Shown here in pieces: positions 9,301 to 19,141 of a DNA stretch of 20,000 nucleotides; the first letter of the stretch is position 1, and each line of letters starts with the position of its first letter. The position numbers were made by a program, and so were the translations under genes. Source of the DNA: Asterionella formosa (taxonomy: Eukaryota); NCBI GenBank assembly GCA_002256025.1, contig NKIB01012851.1, positions 49,166 to 69,165 of the forward strand. Direction: 5' to 3'. The notes beneath the pieces were generated by a model. That model ran no database searches. It was given only the letters and a program-made list of their open reading frames with translations, and was not told the origin of the DNA.

Positions 9301-10240
9301 TGTACCTGGTACCTGGTACTGTAGCTCTTTCATTCATAGAGAAGCGCTACGTGCTCAGCTACAGATTGATCGTTTCAGATTTGTAAACTATCAGAAATTC
9401 GTGACTAAAAGAGTTATTCTACGTATGGAGGTTCAAAGCGGTAATAATAATTTCGATGGAGGTTCAAAGCAGTTTTTATTAGGAGGTATATGGTCCCATG
9501 GCACCTGGTACCTGGTAACCTCTTCCATTCTACATAGAGTCGACATAAATCTGTCGATTTCTATTGGCCCACATGATCATCATGCTGCTACTGAAGTACT
9601 CCTACAAATGATCCAGACAACCATTGATTCCATCCACAAAAGAACGTGACTAGGTACCGGTACACGCACTTTTGTAGTTAGCAAGTACCAGTACTGGTAG
9701 ACCACTTACAAGCATACTGCCCTTCGTTGAGTGCCTGGTACTGGTACCAGCGCAACTGTATGTAGGCGCACACACATAAAATCTAGCAGAAGGAGTTTGC
9801 TTTGCTTGACTAATACCGGTACCGGTATACCAGAACCTGGTACCTGGTACTCCTGCCAGGTATCCTACCAGCCGGTAATCATACCGGTCAGAGCAGCTGC
9901 TAGACTGACTGCCTATCACCGGCACTAAAATTATCAAATGGTGTTGTGTTTTCTTGTTATTTCTATCATAGAGGTGATGTGGCAGAAATGAGAACTTGGG
10001 ATGTGCGTGGCATCCAATATCACAAATATTGGACAACTATACATCAGATACGCAGACATGTACTCCGTACAACAGTTCCACTACCTGGAACCAGGTATCA
10101 TGTAGAGTACAAGTTCAGGTACTTGTAGGTAGCGGAGTCGTGATCCTGCATGTTCAAATTAGTATGGTGGAAACGTGTTGATCATACGCTACCCGGTAGG
10201 TACAGGGGTACCTGTTACATAAAAAGACGACTACCGGTAT
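9301..10240. repeat. Cluster of short palindromic GGTACC/ACCGGT/CCTGGTA motifs
   Basis: Examples: GTACCTGGTACCTGGTAC (9302), ACCTGGTACCTGGTA (~9503), GGTACCGGTAC (~9653), CCTGGTACTGGTACCAG (~9734), TACCGGTACCGGTATACCAGAACCTGGTACCTGGTAC (~9815-9850), TACCTGGAACCAGGTA (~10082), TACCCGGTAGGTACAGGGGTACC (~10190). Confidence 0.85.
9425..9470. repeat. 15-bp direct repeat with 16-bp spacer
   Basis: ATGGAGGTTCAAAGC occurs at 9425-9439 and 9456-9470. Confidence 0.85.
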
Positions 10241-10683
10241 GTTACATTTAGCTTCAGATATCAGACCAACTGCATAGTACGTGTATATATATATACATGC
10301 ATAGCAGCATGTAAGAATACACGCAGTGGTGGTCTGCGTGACGGAGGAGTATCTGTGATCTGTGCGCTAAATTTTATACATTCACGTACAAACTCGAGTA
10401 GAGTGTACATAACCGTGGCTACGACCGGTTTAGGCAGTGAATGACTTTTCAGGCGGTTCTCACGAGGGCATTCTTCGAAACTCAATCAAGGCAGTCGCAA
10501 TTCTCTATAGGTAGTATTACGATCTCGACAACAGTGTCAGCTCAGCTTCTGACGGAACCATTGTGCAAGAAGGGTCTGGATCAGGAAGTGATACCTAAAC
10601 AGCGTCACTGACTGAGGAGTGTGGAGAATCAGCAACTCCAGCATTACTTCATCGGGAAAAGCAAAATCATTATCATCATCCTC

Positions 10684-13600
10684 ATGTCATCGTCTATCAG
10701 TTCAGGGCATACAATAAGCGACGATGGGAGTAGTTCTCTCAGGTCGTCGTCGCTGTCGATGAATGAAGCCTACCGACGTTTGGGTCATAAGTTGAGTCAA
10801 CGCGCTTGTGGTGTCAAAGGCAGTAACCAAGTACGGAGATCTCAATGGTTATCGATAGCACCCACCTCGGCCTTTTCTCGATATTCGGCGTTTGCTGCGA
10901 CGTTGAATGCGGAGGTGAGTTTGGCCCTATGTGTGTTTGTGTGTGTCGATCTTGTTCCAGGCTCCGATCTACTTCTAACTATTATGCAAACCCCGATGCA
11001 ATCCAAACATCCCAGTCCTTCGATCGCAACACAAAGGTTGCCAAGACAAAGTACACGGATCACGGTGAGCATCAAAAGAAATCAACGTCGATTCTTAGTA
11101 GATTGACATATCTCGGAAAGCAAACCTTTTCGCGCCTCGAACAACAACACAAGGCAAGTCAGCCTCTGCATACGATTTCACCACAAAAGGCGGGCATGAA
11201 GCGCCTCTCTCCCACCCCACCACCTCACCGAAGCGGCGGATATGATGCAACCACCAAACCAGAATCCGGGGAAACCAGCCGAGGTCTGTTGGGATCCTTA
11301 ATGGAACACTCATTAACATCGCCAACTTGCAAGAAATGTCTCACTGCTCCTGCAGATCCAGTATCAGAAAACAGCGGACGTGACAATGTCGAAGGCAACC
11401 TCATTGTCTTTGAAGGCGATATCATTACAGCAACCAGCACCCTACAGACACTTCAGGGGACACCGAAGCAATCACTCCGTGTCATTTCATTGCTGGGTCA
11501 AGGAACATTTGCTCAAGTCTTTTTATGTCAATGTCTAGATTCCGGGGATAAGATTGCTCTCAAGGTGGTCAAGAACAAGCAAGCCTATACTCAACAAGCT
11601 GCAGTAGAAATTGATGTCTTTCGGGCGTTATCAGATTCACCGAAGAAGGAAAACATGGTACAACTCATGTGCTACTTTATGTATCATTCACATTTATGCC
11701 TTGTCTTTGAACTATTGGGGCTGAACCTATATGAAATTCTCAAGCGACGGCAATTTAGAGGTCTTGGCTTAACGACGGTCAGAACTTTGTTGGGTCAGGC
11801 CATGGAGGGTATTCAACATTTATCACAAAAACAAATTGTTCATTGTGATTTGAAGCCAGAGAATATATTAATTGCCAGTGATGTAGAAGCAATTGTAGGT
11901 GATGGCGCACCAACGAAACAGCCAGACAACAAGGCCAGTCAGCGGGCATGTGCTCCAAAAATTAAATTGATTGACTTTGGATCAGCATGCTTTGAAGGTC
12001 ACACATCACATACGTATATACAATCCAGGTTCTATCGCTCTCCAGAAGTCTTAGTCGGACTTCCTTATGATTCTGCCATTGACATGTGGTCCCTGGGATG
12101 TGTTGCTGCGGAACTATTTTTGGGACTTCCTATATTACCAGGCGTTCATGAACATGATCAATTAGGACGAATTCTGGAAATGATTGGCGATCTGCCGGAT
12201 TGGATGATGGATCAAGGTTCAAAGGCACCAAAGTATTTTGTTAAGAGATTTGCACCCGAGACTGGGATCCCCTCGAGGTCGCCGTCACTGACCAACGGGA
12301 GTTCCCCACCTCCGGCTCGATCGATATGGCGAATCAAGACACAGGCGGAATACATTCAATCGCTGTCGGCAAGTGAAATAAGGAAGAAAGGTGGACTGGC
12401 AAAGTTTGAAAAGCAACATGCGAATCGGTATTTTAAAAGGAAAAAGTTGGCAGATATTGTCATGCTCCATGGTGGACCGAAGGAAGACCAAGAACAGTTG
12501 AGTCTCTTCGTTCACTTTCTTAAAGGAATTCTTGATCCTGATCCTTGGAAGCGGTGGACTGCGTTTCAAGCAATTCAACATCCATTTATTACGGGGGTAC
12601 AGCCGACGCGGAAATCAGATAATGCCAATGCCATTTTTTGGGACCCTCCATGGGATCCATCAATTTGCGGTCGCAAATTATTGAAGGTTCAAAAAATGAG
12701 AGAAAGGCAACCGGCACTGCGGCGATCTTTGGGCAACGCTAGAAACTCGCCACAACAACTGGGTTTGGACAATAGTGAGGAGGTCGGACACGATAATATG
12801 GCATTTCATCGAATGGAACCGGCGAGTCCCTGTATAAGTGGGTACGTGATCTTGCCGGGAGACATGCGAGCAGGGCGTCATTCTAGTGCACTTACCTTTC
12901 TTTGTTGTCTTCTTGTATAAAAATACTAGTACGTCGCGAGTCACAGCCATGACGGATGCCATGTCGTTAAGTCGGCAGTCCAACTCTTTGACAGTAACCG
13001 ATCGAACTTCTTCCCCCTCGTATCTTGGTTTTTCGACATCATCCAACTTGACATCACAATCACAACAATTATATCCGAATCCACCAAAAACATTGGATGG
13101 AGGTTTGCATGAAAGTTTGGGAAGCGCCGGTCACGTGAATGGTAGCGCACAGTATATGACTGCGTCAAGTTTGGGTGACTATTCGCCTCAACACTCCATG
13201 CCTAACATGGCAATGATGTCAATGCATGGCATGAGTTACGGAGAAACAGCTAATCATCAAGCGCAGTTGCAAATGCATATGTTGGCGTCGGCTCGGTCCT
13301 ATGGAGGTGGGATGAGTTACGATGGACTTGCAGTTCCAGTTGACGCTGACTTTGCGTATGCCTTACAACGTCCAGGAGTTGTACCGGGTGCCGAGTTGTC
13401 TGGTTCTTATTCCAGTATTAACCAGCAGTTGGCAGCCTATACTCCGCACCATAATTCGCAACAGCAGCAAGGTATCGGACTTCGACCAGGAAGTTACGGT
13501 AGACCCGGAAGCTATTTAGGAATCAGCGGTAATAGTCTTGGACGAAATTCGTCCGGAAGGAGTAGATATAACCCACAAGGGATGCCGGAATCACCCCATA

Positions 13601-14208
13601 GTCTCCACCGTGGAATTCAACCGAACTACCTACACAACGCCCCCACATCAATTCGAGAAGATGGGTCGGACTATCAACTCGGTCAAAGTTTGAGGAGTGG
13701 TGGATCGTCTGTCGCATCTGGTAGTAGCTTGCTATCACAGCAGTTGGAAGCTCAACATCAACATCAGCAGCAACTACATCAGCAACAGCAAGAGTCCAAT
13801 ATGCGAGATGCCATTTACGCATCACAAAGCCGGTTGCAAGTCGACGTTGGTCGTCAACACCATGCTCAGCAAGTCTCTTCCATACATAAAATGTACGGCG
13901 GGGCTCAGCAGGGAACCATGTATCCTCCACAAAATGTATATTATGGAGGTGCCTATGTTTCTGGTGCGCCACTTCAACATGTGATGGCTCCTGCCAGCTT
14001 GTCGCATATATCCTACAGCACACCCGGCTATGAGAACCATACGACGTATGGAGCTCCGTCCCAGATTCAAGGAGGTCCTATATATAGTGGCGCTCCGGCC
14101 TTTCTTGCACCACCCACGTTCGAAGAATTGGAACGAGCTCAAAAGATGAAACAGCAACTATATCAAGGCCATTTGCAAAATGCTGCCTATGGTGGTCTAA
14201 GTATGTAA
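10684..14208 (+). CDS. YAK1: YAK1/DYRK-family dual-specificity protein kinase; predicted exons 10684-10914, 11016-12841, 12930-14208 (1111 aa) with a long Q/S/G/Y-rich C-terminal tail
   Basis: Kinase motifs LGQGTFAQV, IALKVVKNKQAYTQQAAVEI, HCDLKPENIL, IDFGSAC, TYIQSRFYRSPE and DMWSLGCVAAELFLGLP, the last typical of the Yak1 clade. Two GT-AG introns join three ORF-track frames in phase (231+1826+1279=3336 nt). Confidence 0.88.
10915..11015 (+). other. Spliceosomal intron 1 of the kinase gene (101 nt, phase 0)
   Basis: Donor GAG|GTGAGT at 10915, branch site CTAAC at 10975-10979, first downstream AG at 11014-11015. Splicing joins ...LNAE to SFDRNTK... in frame. Confidence 0.75.
12842..12929 (+). 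other. Spliceosomal intron 2 of the kinase gene (88 nt, phase 2)
   Basis: Donor GTACGT at 12842, branch-like CTTAC near 12891, pyrimidine tract, TAG acceptor ending 12929. Splicing joins ...PCISG to TSRVTAM... in frame. Confidence 0.8.
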
Positions 14209-14372
14209 AGCGTCATATATACTAGGTTTGCTATCAGCGACGACAAGAAAACAGAATTATTAATAATGACAGTATTACAGGATATCGGCTATGCAAATGT
14301 CGAATTAGCAGCGTCTGAAGCTTTTAGTCAATTAATTTTGTTCACCCACTATTACGTCCCAATATCACACAA

Positions 14373-15603
14373 CTAAACCGGTAACATGTCATGGACACAC
14401 GAAGGAATTTCTGTTGTTGGTGATGGTTCTAACCAAGGGAGATCTTTAGGTCGAGTGTTTTCCATCAGTTGTTGTTCTCTCGCCAACCGTTGTGGAATCG
14501 AGTACCCCACGACTCGATCGTAATTTGCAAAGATTGGGTCAATAGGAAATATCCAAGTATGGTACCCCCCAATCCCAAAGACATCGATAAGAGGAATGGG
14601 TTCTTCGTCTGAACTCGACATTGTATTAGTAGCTTTTTTCTTGAGGCGGTCAATCGTGCCAATGCCAGTCATGATACCATACGTGACATTCATTAACATG
14701 CTGGATGTAAATAGAAATGCACCTACACATAAAATTGTCATGATTCTCACAAGATGTACAACAATAGGGTGAAAAATACAGAGTTCATTTGAACACAAGA
14801 AGTAATTCCAACCAAACAGACACAACGAATAGGCGGAACATAACCATGTATAGGCCAAAAATAAGAAAAAGTGCTCTGTGATGGTGAATGCTTTGGTCAG
14901 ATGGATGCATAAATCACTGCTCAAAGAGGGCAACACAACACTTACTCAAATTACCAGCACCAACACAATTGTTCATCCACGGACAATGGTGGTCCATCCT
15001 CGAAACGCATCGATTGCAAATTCGACAATGATGAGAAGCTGGCGGCTTGAAGGTTTGACATTGTCCACACATACTATGCGATGTTTGCGTTTGTCGTTGC
15101 GATTCGCAAGGGACCGCAGCTCTCGGGACAGATCCTGGGTCCGTCAAGGAGGTTTTGGCATGGGAGGCCAGCGCCAGAACGCACAAGACACAATATCCCA
15201 TACCAGCAACGGCTGGAATGCCTTGAGTGACAGTCAGAAGCATAACAGTCACACATGAATAAAGCATGAGCAGCCATACAAGTGCAGCCATGATAGTTCC
15301 GGCTTGATCCGATGAATTCATCCAAGTCCCATTTTCTTCCCTGGTACCAAAACTGCACGACCACGAATCGTTGTTGAATGAATCAATATACATCTCTCCT
15401 CTCTCCCTTGCACGCGGAGCGGGCTGGGGCCGGCCCTTCTGAGTGACATCGTAAGAGTAATCGTAATCTAGGAACTCGTCGTTGTCATAGCCAATGTCGC
15501 AAATTGTAGCCCAAACATTTCTGATTTTCTCCGCTCGTGATAATGAGTCTCCTTTATAAGGATTATCAATGCTCTGCTGTTGATGATGCGGTATTGTGCT
15601 CAT
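14373..15603 (-). CDS. DHHC-type protein S-palmitoyltransferase; exons 15603-14946 and 14875-14373 (386 aa)
   Basis: TDPG motif, cysteine-rich domain [40 protein letters not shown] and four TM segments. Splicing restores the canonical ...GAGNLKHFFLFL continuation. Confidence 0.92.
14876..14945 (-). other. Spliceosomal intron of the DHHC gene (70 nt, phase 1)
   Basis: Minus-strand donor GTAAGT at 14945, CTGAC branch-like site, CACAG acceptor ending 14876. Reading frame is conserved across the join. Confidence 0.88.
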
Positions 15604-16662
15604 TGTATTACTGGAGTAGAGTTGAAAGTGTTAAAGCAATGCGTATGTCGCTGTGTGGCGATTCAAGGATCTTGGGGTTGTTGGACCTTGTATATTCGGG
15701 CAACTGGTTATGCAGCGAGTACTTTCAAGCCGTTATAGCTGGCTATAAGGAAACGGCTGTAGAAATCAGCTACCCGGTAGAATTTGGATGGAGACGTGCT
15801 TGTCAGGCGTCTTGGACTTTGCGAAATATACGATTATGTTGTGCTACCAATGAATATCACGCTGAGACTTCCAGACACCTATCGACTGAGATGGGAAGAA
15901 GATTAGGAAAGGCGGTATAGAAGCGATGAAAAGATCAAAAGAGCGGGGGAAACGTTGACTGCGGACGAGCAGGACAAGGTTCAACGGCGTTTGTTCATCA
16001 TTTGAATTCTATATAGTAAATTTACCAACTTTTGTTTTTTCGAAATAAATGCTGCCGACAGAAGTGAGAAACACACCCACAGACAAACGGAATAAAATGA
16101 ATTTCACAGCATCACTCATATCAAACATACAGTATGTACATAGGAGATAGTAGGAGGCGAGCACCTTCATTCGGGTTGATGACGACTGATTTTCAAGGAA
16201 CTTAGGATTTCTTTATATTTGCTCACATACGGGATATCTGTAGCTGTGTACCGGATATACGGGGATCTACGCCCTTACATAGATTTTGGTACTACCGGTT
16301 AAAAACTGTAAACCACCGTTATTTTACCCCATCTTCCGACTGAAAGAAATGTTTAAGTATATTATTTTACCGGTGTAATTGAACAATTGAAACCTGATGC
16401 AAGCACCAGCGAGTTGCGGTCATTTTGCTTAAATAAACATTTTAATCAAAGATAAAGATAGCTAAATCTTTACTCCAACCAAAATAATCGCAACTTGCAG
16501 AGATACTCTACGGCTGGTTGCATCAAAATTATAATTATAGTAGCCCACGTAGAACTGGTATAAAATATTAACCTTATCTCCATAGATGTAAGGAATATCA
16601 CGCCAATTCCTTTGCTTTGATCGCCTCACCATGTTGCTCAATATCGCCCTTGTTTTTTATGC

Positions 16663-16734
16663 AAAAGTGATTCCCCAAAGGCATTTAGATTATTTCGTCC
16701 AGTCATGAGTGGAATGCTTTTGGGAATCACTTTT
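16663..16734. repeat. Near-perfect inverted repeat (22-23 bp arms, 27-nt loop)
   Basis: AAAAGTGATTCCCCAAAGGCATT (16663-16685) pairs with AATGCTTTTGGGAATCACTTTT (16713-16734). Confidence 0.85.
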
Positions 16735-17106
16735 CACAAGATATTCAAAAAGTTATAGCCATGTCAGTTATGGCTGCCATGAGCATTTCTGCCATTCAAA
16801 TTGCAGGAAAGGCAGCATCAGCGGTTCCTAAGCTTCCTAAATATGAAAATTTATCTGAATGGGAAGATAAATTTGTTACTTTGAAGAGGTTGCTATGATG
16901 TGGAAGTCGGGGTCATGAGGATGGTCTAAAAATTTGTGATGGTCACCTGAAATCATCTAGTGTTACCTGGTCACCTCGACTATTAGAGAACGAAGTTTTC
17001 TATGTACCAGTTTTGTTGAAATTAATGTGACTAGTCTAGGAGAATAATTGAATCCAAAACAAATGAGAAGGACAAGTGAAATACAACGAGGAGAAGGAAA
17101 AGAAGT

Positions 17107-17300
17107 AGATGGGAAAATAAACCAAAGGGTCAGTTGCAGGTACTAGTACTTTGGGAGCATGGATTTATTGACAAATTGAGATTGAAGAGCTACACATTGA
17201 ATGAAAGGCCGGATGCAATTAGATTTGACCAGAAAGAATTTTCGTTGAAGTTGTTGATGGGACACTGTCTTGATTTCGAGGAAGAGGAGACACAACTACT
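17107..17300 (+). pseudogene. Fragment of a putative DDE-type transposase from a repetitive family seen in diatoms
   Basis: Translation RWENKPKGQLQVL(VL)WEHGFIDK...YTLN...FSLKLLMGHCLDFEEEETQL resembles, from memory, the 'GWxGKPKGxLQVLWERGFID...SLxxLMxxCxDFxxEE' block that precedes the PKxHxE motif of such elements. The fragment is truncated on both sides. Confidence 0.6.
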
Positions 17301-18368
17301 CATCTTGGCATTATTAGTACTACTAGTTTTGTCACTAATAACCGGTTACGGGACAGCACCTGGAATGCACATTGACAACAATTGCCAAAACATGCTAACG
17401 TTGTAGTGGGATGTAGTATCCGAAATCTTTATTCCGTCGGTAAATCCATCATATGCAATCAATGACATTGCGTTGCTGGTCATCTTTTTATAACAGTCTT
17501 CAAGGCGGTTCCTGAATTAAAAAGCTTTCTTGATAAGTGCCTTAGTCTTGCAATCTGTTCTGACTTGGCCCAAAATCTGGGAGATTCCGATGTCCAGAAA
17601 CGGACAATTCTTCGTCCCAAAGAAACTGTCGGGAAGAAACGACAAATTCAAGAAAAAAATGTGGTGGAACTTACACCTTTGATATGTATCATTGTATTGT
17701 TTTCAACAATAGATGTCACCACCTTCATGGACGTGGCTACTTTCTCAAGAAAACTTTGCAGCTGTTGAATGAGTAGAAACTTTGTCAATGCCCCCAAACC
17801 TCCTTCTTGACAAAACCTCGAACCAACTTAGCGTTTTTAGAAGTAACACAAAATACATGCCATCCAACCTTGTTCTTGCCTCCCTTTTTTAATAAGAAGA
17901 AATGAATTTACAGCATCCAATCTTTCGAGCATGACTTTCAATATAACATCCAGGTCCACATTCGTGTTGTTGTTGAGGTGACCTTGTAGGAAGAAACGGA
18001 GTAACCTAGTACGGTCACTGTGGTGCCTATGCTGATCAAGCAACACTTGAAGTTTCCATTTTCTGATAAAACGACGATGTGTATCTTCAGGAAGGGGGAC
18101 AGGTAGAATTGAGATGTTTTTCCCAAGTCGGGAGGAGGCAGTTAAGCATTTCGAGAAAACCATTGTCGGTTTTTGGTAAAATATGTTGCTTGTGGTTGAT
18201 CAGTGACAGTATGCAAGACCACATCACCATGATTACCGGTGGCTCGTCTGCACTGGTCAGACTGGTTTACAGGATCAAGAAATTATATTCTACAAAATTG
18301 CTACATAAAACAATAGTAAAATTTTTAATGTGGTGGACATCATAACATATAATAGTATACATGTATGA

Positions 18369-18926
18369 TTATGCGATTGACGGGATGGCGGATATTAATA
18401 CTGTATATATCGGTGCAGCTGGAGTTACATATTTTTTATTTGGGTGGTGCGGATGCATGCATTGAAATAAATTACCGTACCTAGCTACGTATGTATCGAC
18501 TAACACGCGATCACTTACTTCTGTGCGCTCAAGTTGCGTGGCATACAACCAATCACGAAAAAAGTTAAGGAGAAGGGGCGATTCGTGATTTAGCCCGCAA
18601 GCAACAAGCTGTGCGGCAATCTGGTGATCAATCTTGATATTTACCCAGCATGCTTCCTCCTCTAAAATAGAATCAAAAAATTCAGGTAAAGGACATGAAT
18701 TGTCCCATGGGACGATTTTCTTGATTTCGGAAACCTTCCGGGCATGGTCGAGAACAGATGTATTGGAAAACCTGTCGTACACATTAACCGACGCTTTGGC
18801 CTTGTTTGTGTAGCATACAAACTGGCCAACTTCGCCCGCATAATTACCCTTCAATACTGAAACCAAATCACTTGTCACGAGGCAGAGAGAGGTCGTCCTC
18901 ATCTTCGTTCCGAGCAGCCAACTCAT
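18369..18926 (-). CDS. Hypothetical 185-aa protein with an N-terminal KOW-like motif
   Basis: ATG-initiated 185-codon ORF in AT-rich surroundings. DLVSVLKGNYAGEVGQF resembles the KOW consensus. No other support. Confidence 0.35.
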   Translation of the reverse strand: MSWLLGTKMRTTSLCLVTSDLVSVLKGNYAGEVGQFVCYTNKAKASVNVYDRFSNTSVLDHARKVSEIKKIVPWDNSCPLPEFFDSILEEEACWVNIKIDHQIAAQLVACGLNHESPLLLNFFRDWLYATQLERTEVSDRVLVDTYVARYGNLFQCMHPHHPNKKYVTPAAPIYTVLISAIPSIA

Positions 18927-19113
18927 TGGGCTTTCGCCAGGCAGTCATGGTAGTAATTTTTGATAACATATGATGGATGTAGTTTACACTTTGTTTGTGA
19001 ATTCCGTACACCTAGACGTAGACGTTCACTACCAATAATACTGGTGGTACGAGTATTGTAATATGATGTCGAGGCATGTCGATAATTTCTTATAATCGGA
19101 TACATTCTTATGC

Positions 19114-19141
19114 GTCTGATTTTGTGTGTCTGATTTTGTGT
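19114..19141. repeat. 14-bp tandem duplication
   Basis: Two adjacent copies of GTCTGATTTTGTGT. Confidence 0.85.

Noticed and set aside
9425..9470. CRISPR-like repeat-spacer-repeat
   Set aside because: Only two 15-bp copies with a 16-bp spacer, in a eukaryotic context with no cas genes.
9281..10181. Short ORFs rich in VPGT/GTGT peptides
   Set aside because: By-products of the stop-poor GGTACC motif field. They occur on both strands with no protein-like features.
10845..11015. N-terminus of the 691-aa kinase ORF as given in the track
   Set aside because: It overlaps a well-formed intron with a (GT)n tract. The spliced model from 10684 is more plausible.
12285..14157. Antisense and alternate-frame ORFs within the kinase gene (e.g. 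13523-14023)
   Set aside because: Shadow ORFs of a real coding region with no recognisable motifs.
15537..15920. 127-aa plus-strand ORF overlapping the DHHC 5' end
   Set aside because: No motifs, and it lies antisense over the probable 5' UTR/promoter of the DHHC gene.
17400..18345. Degraded reverse transcriptase or other TE ORF
   Set aside because: Frames look vaguely protein-like, but I found no RT, integrase or transposase motifs.
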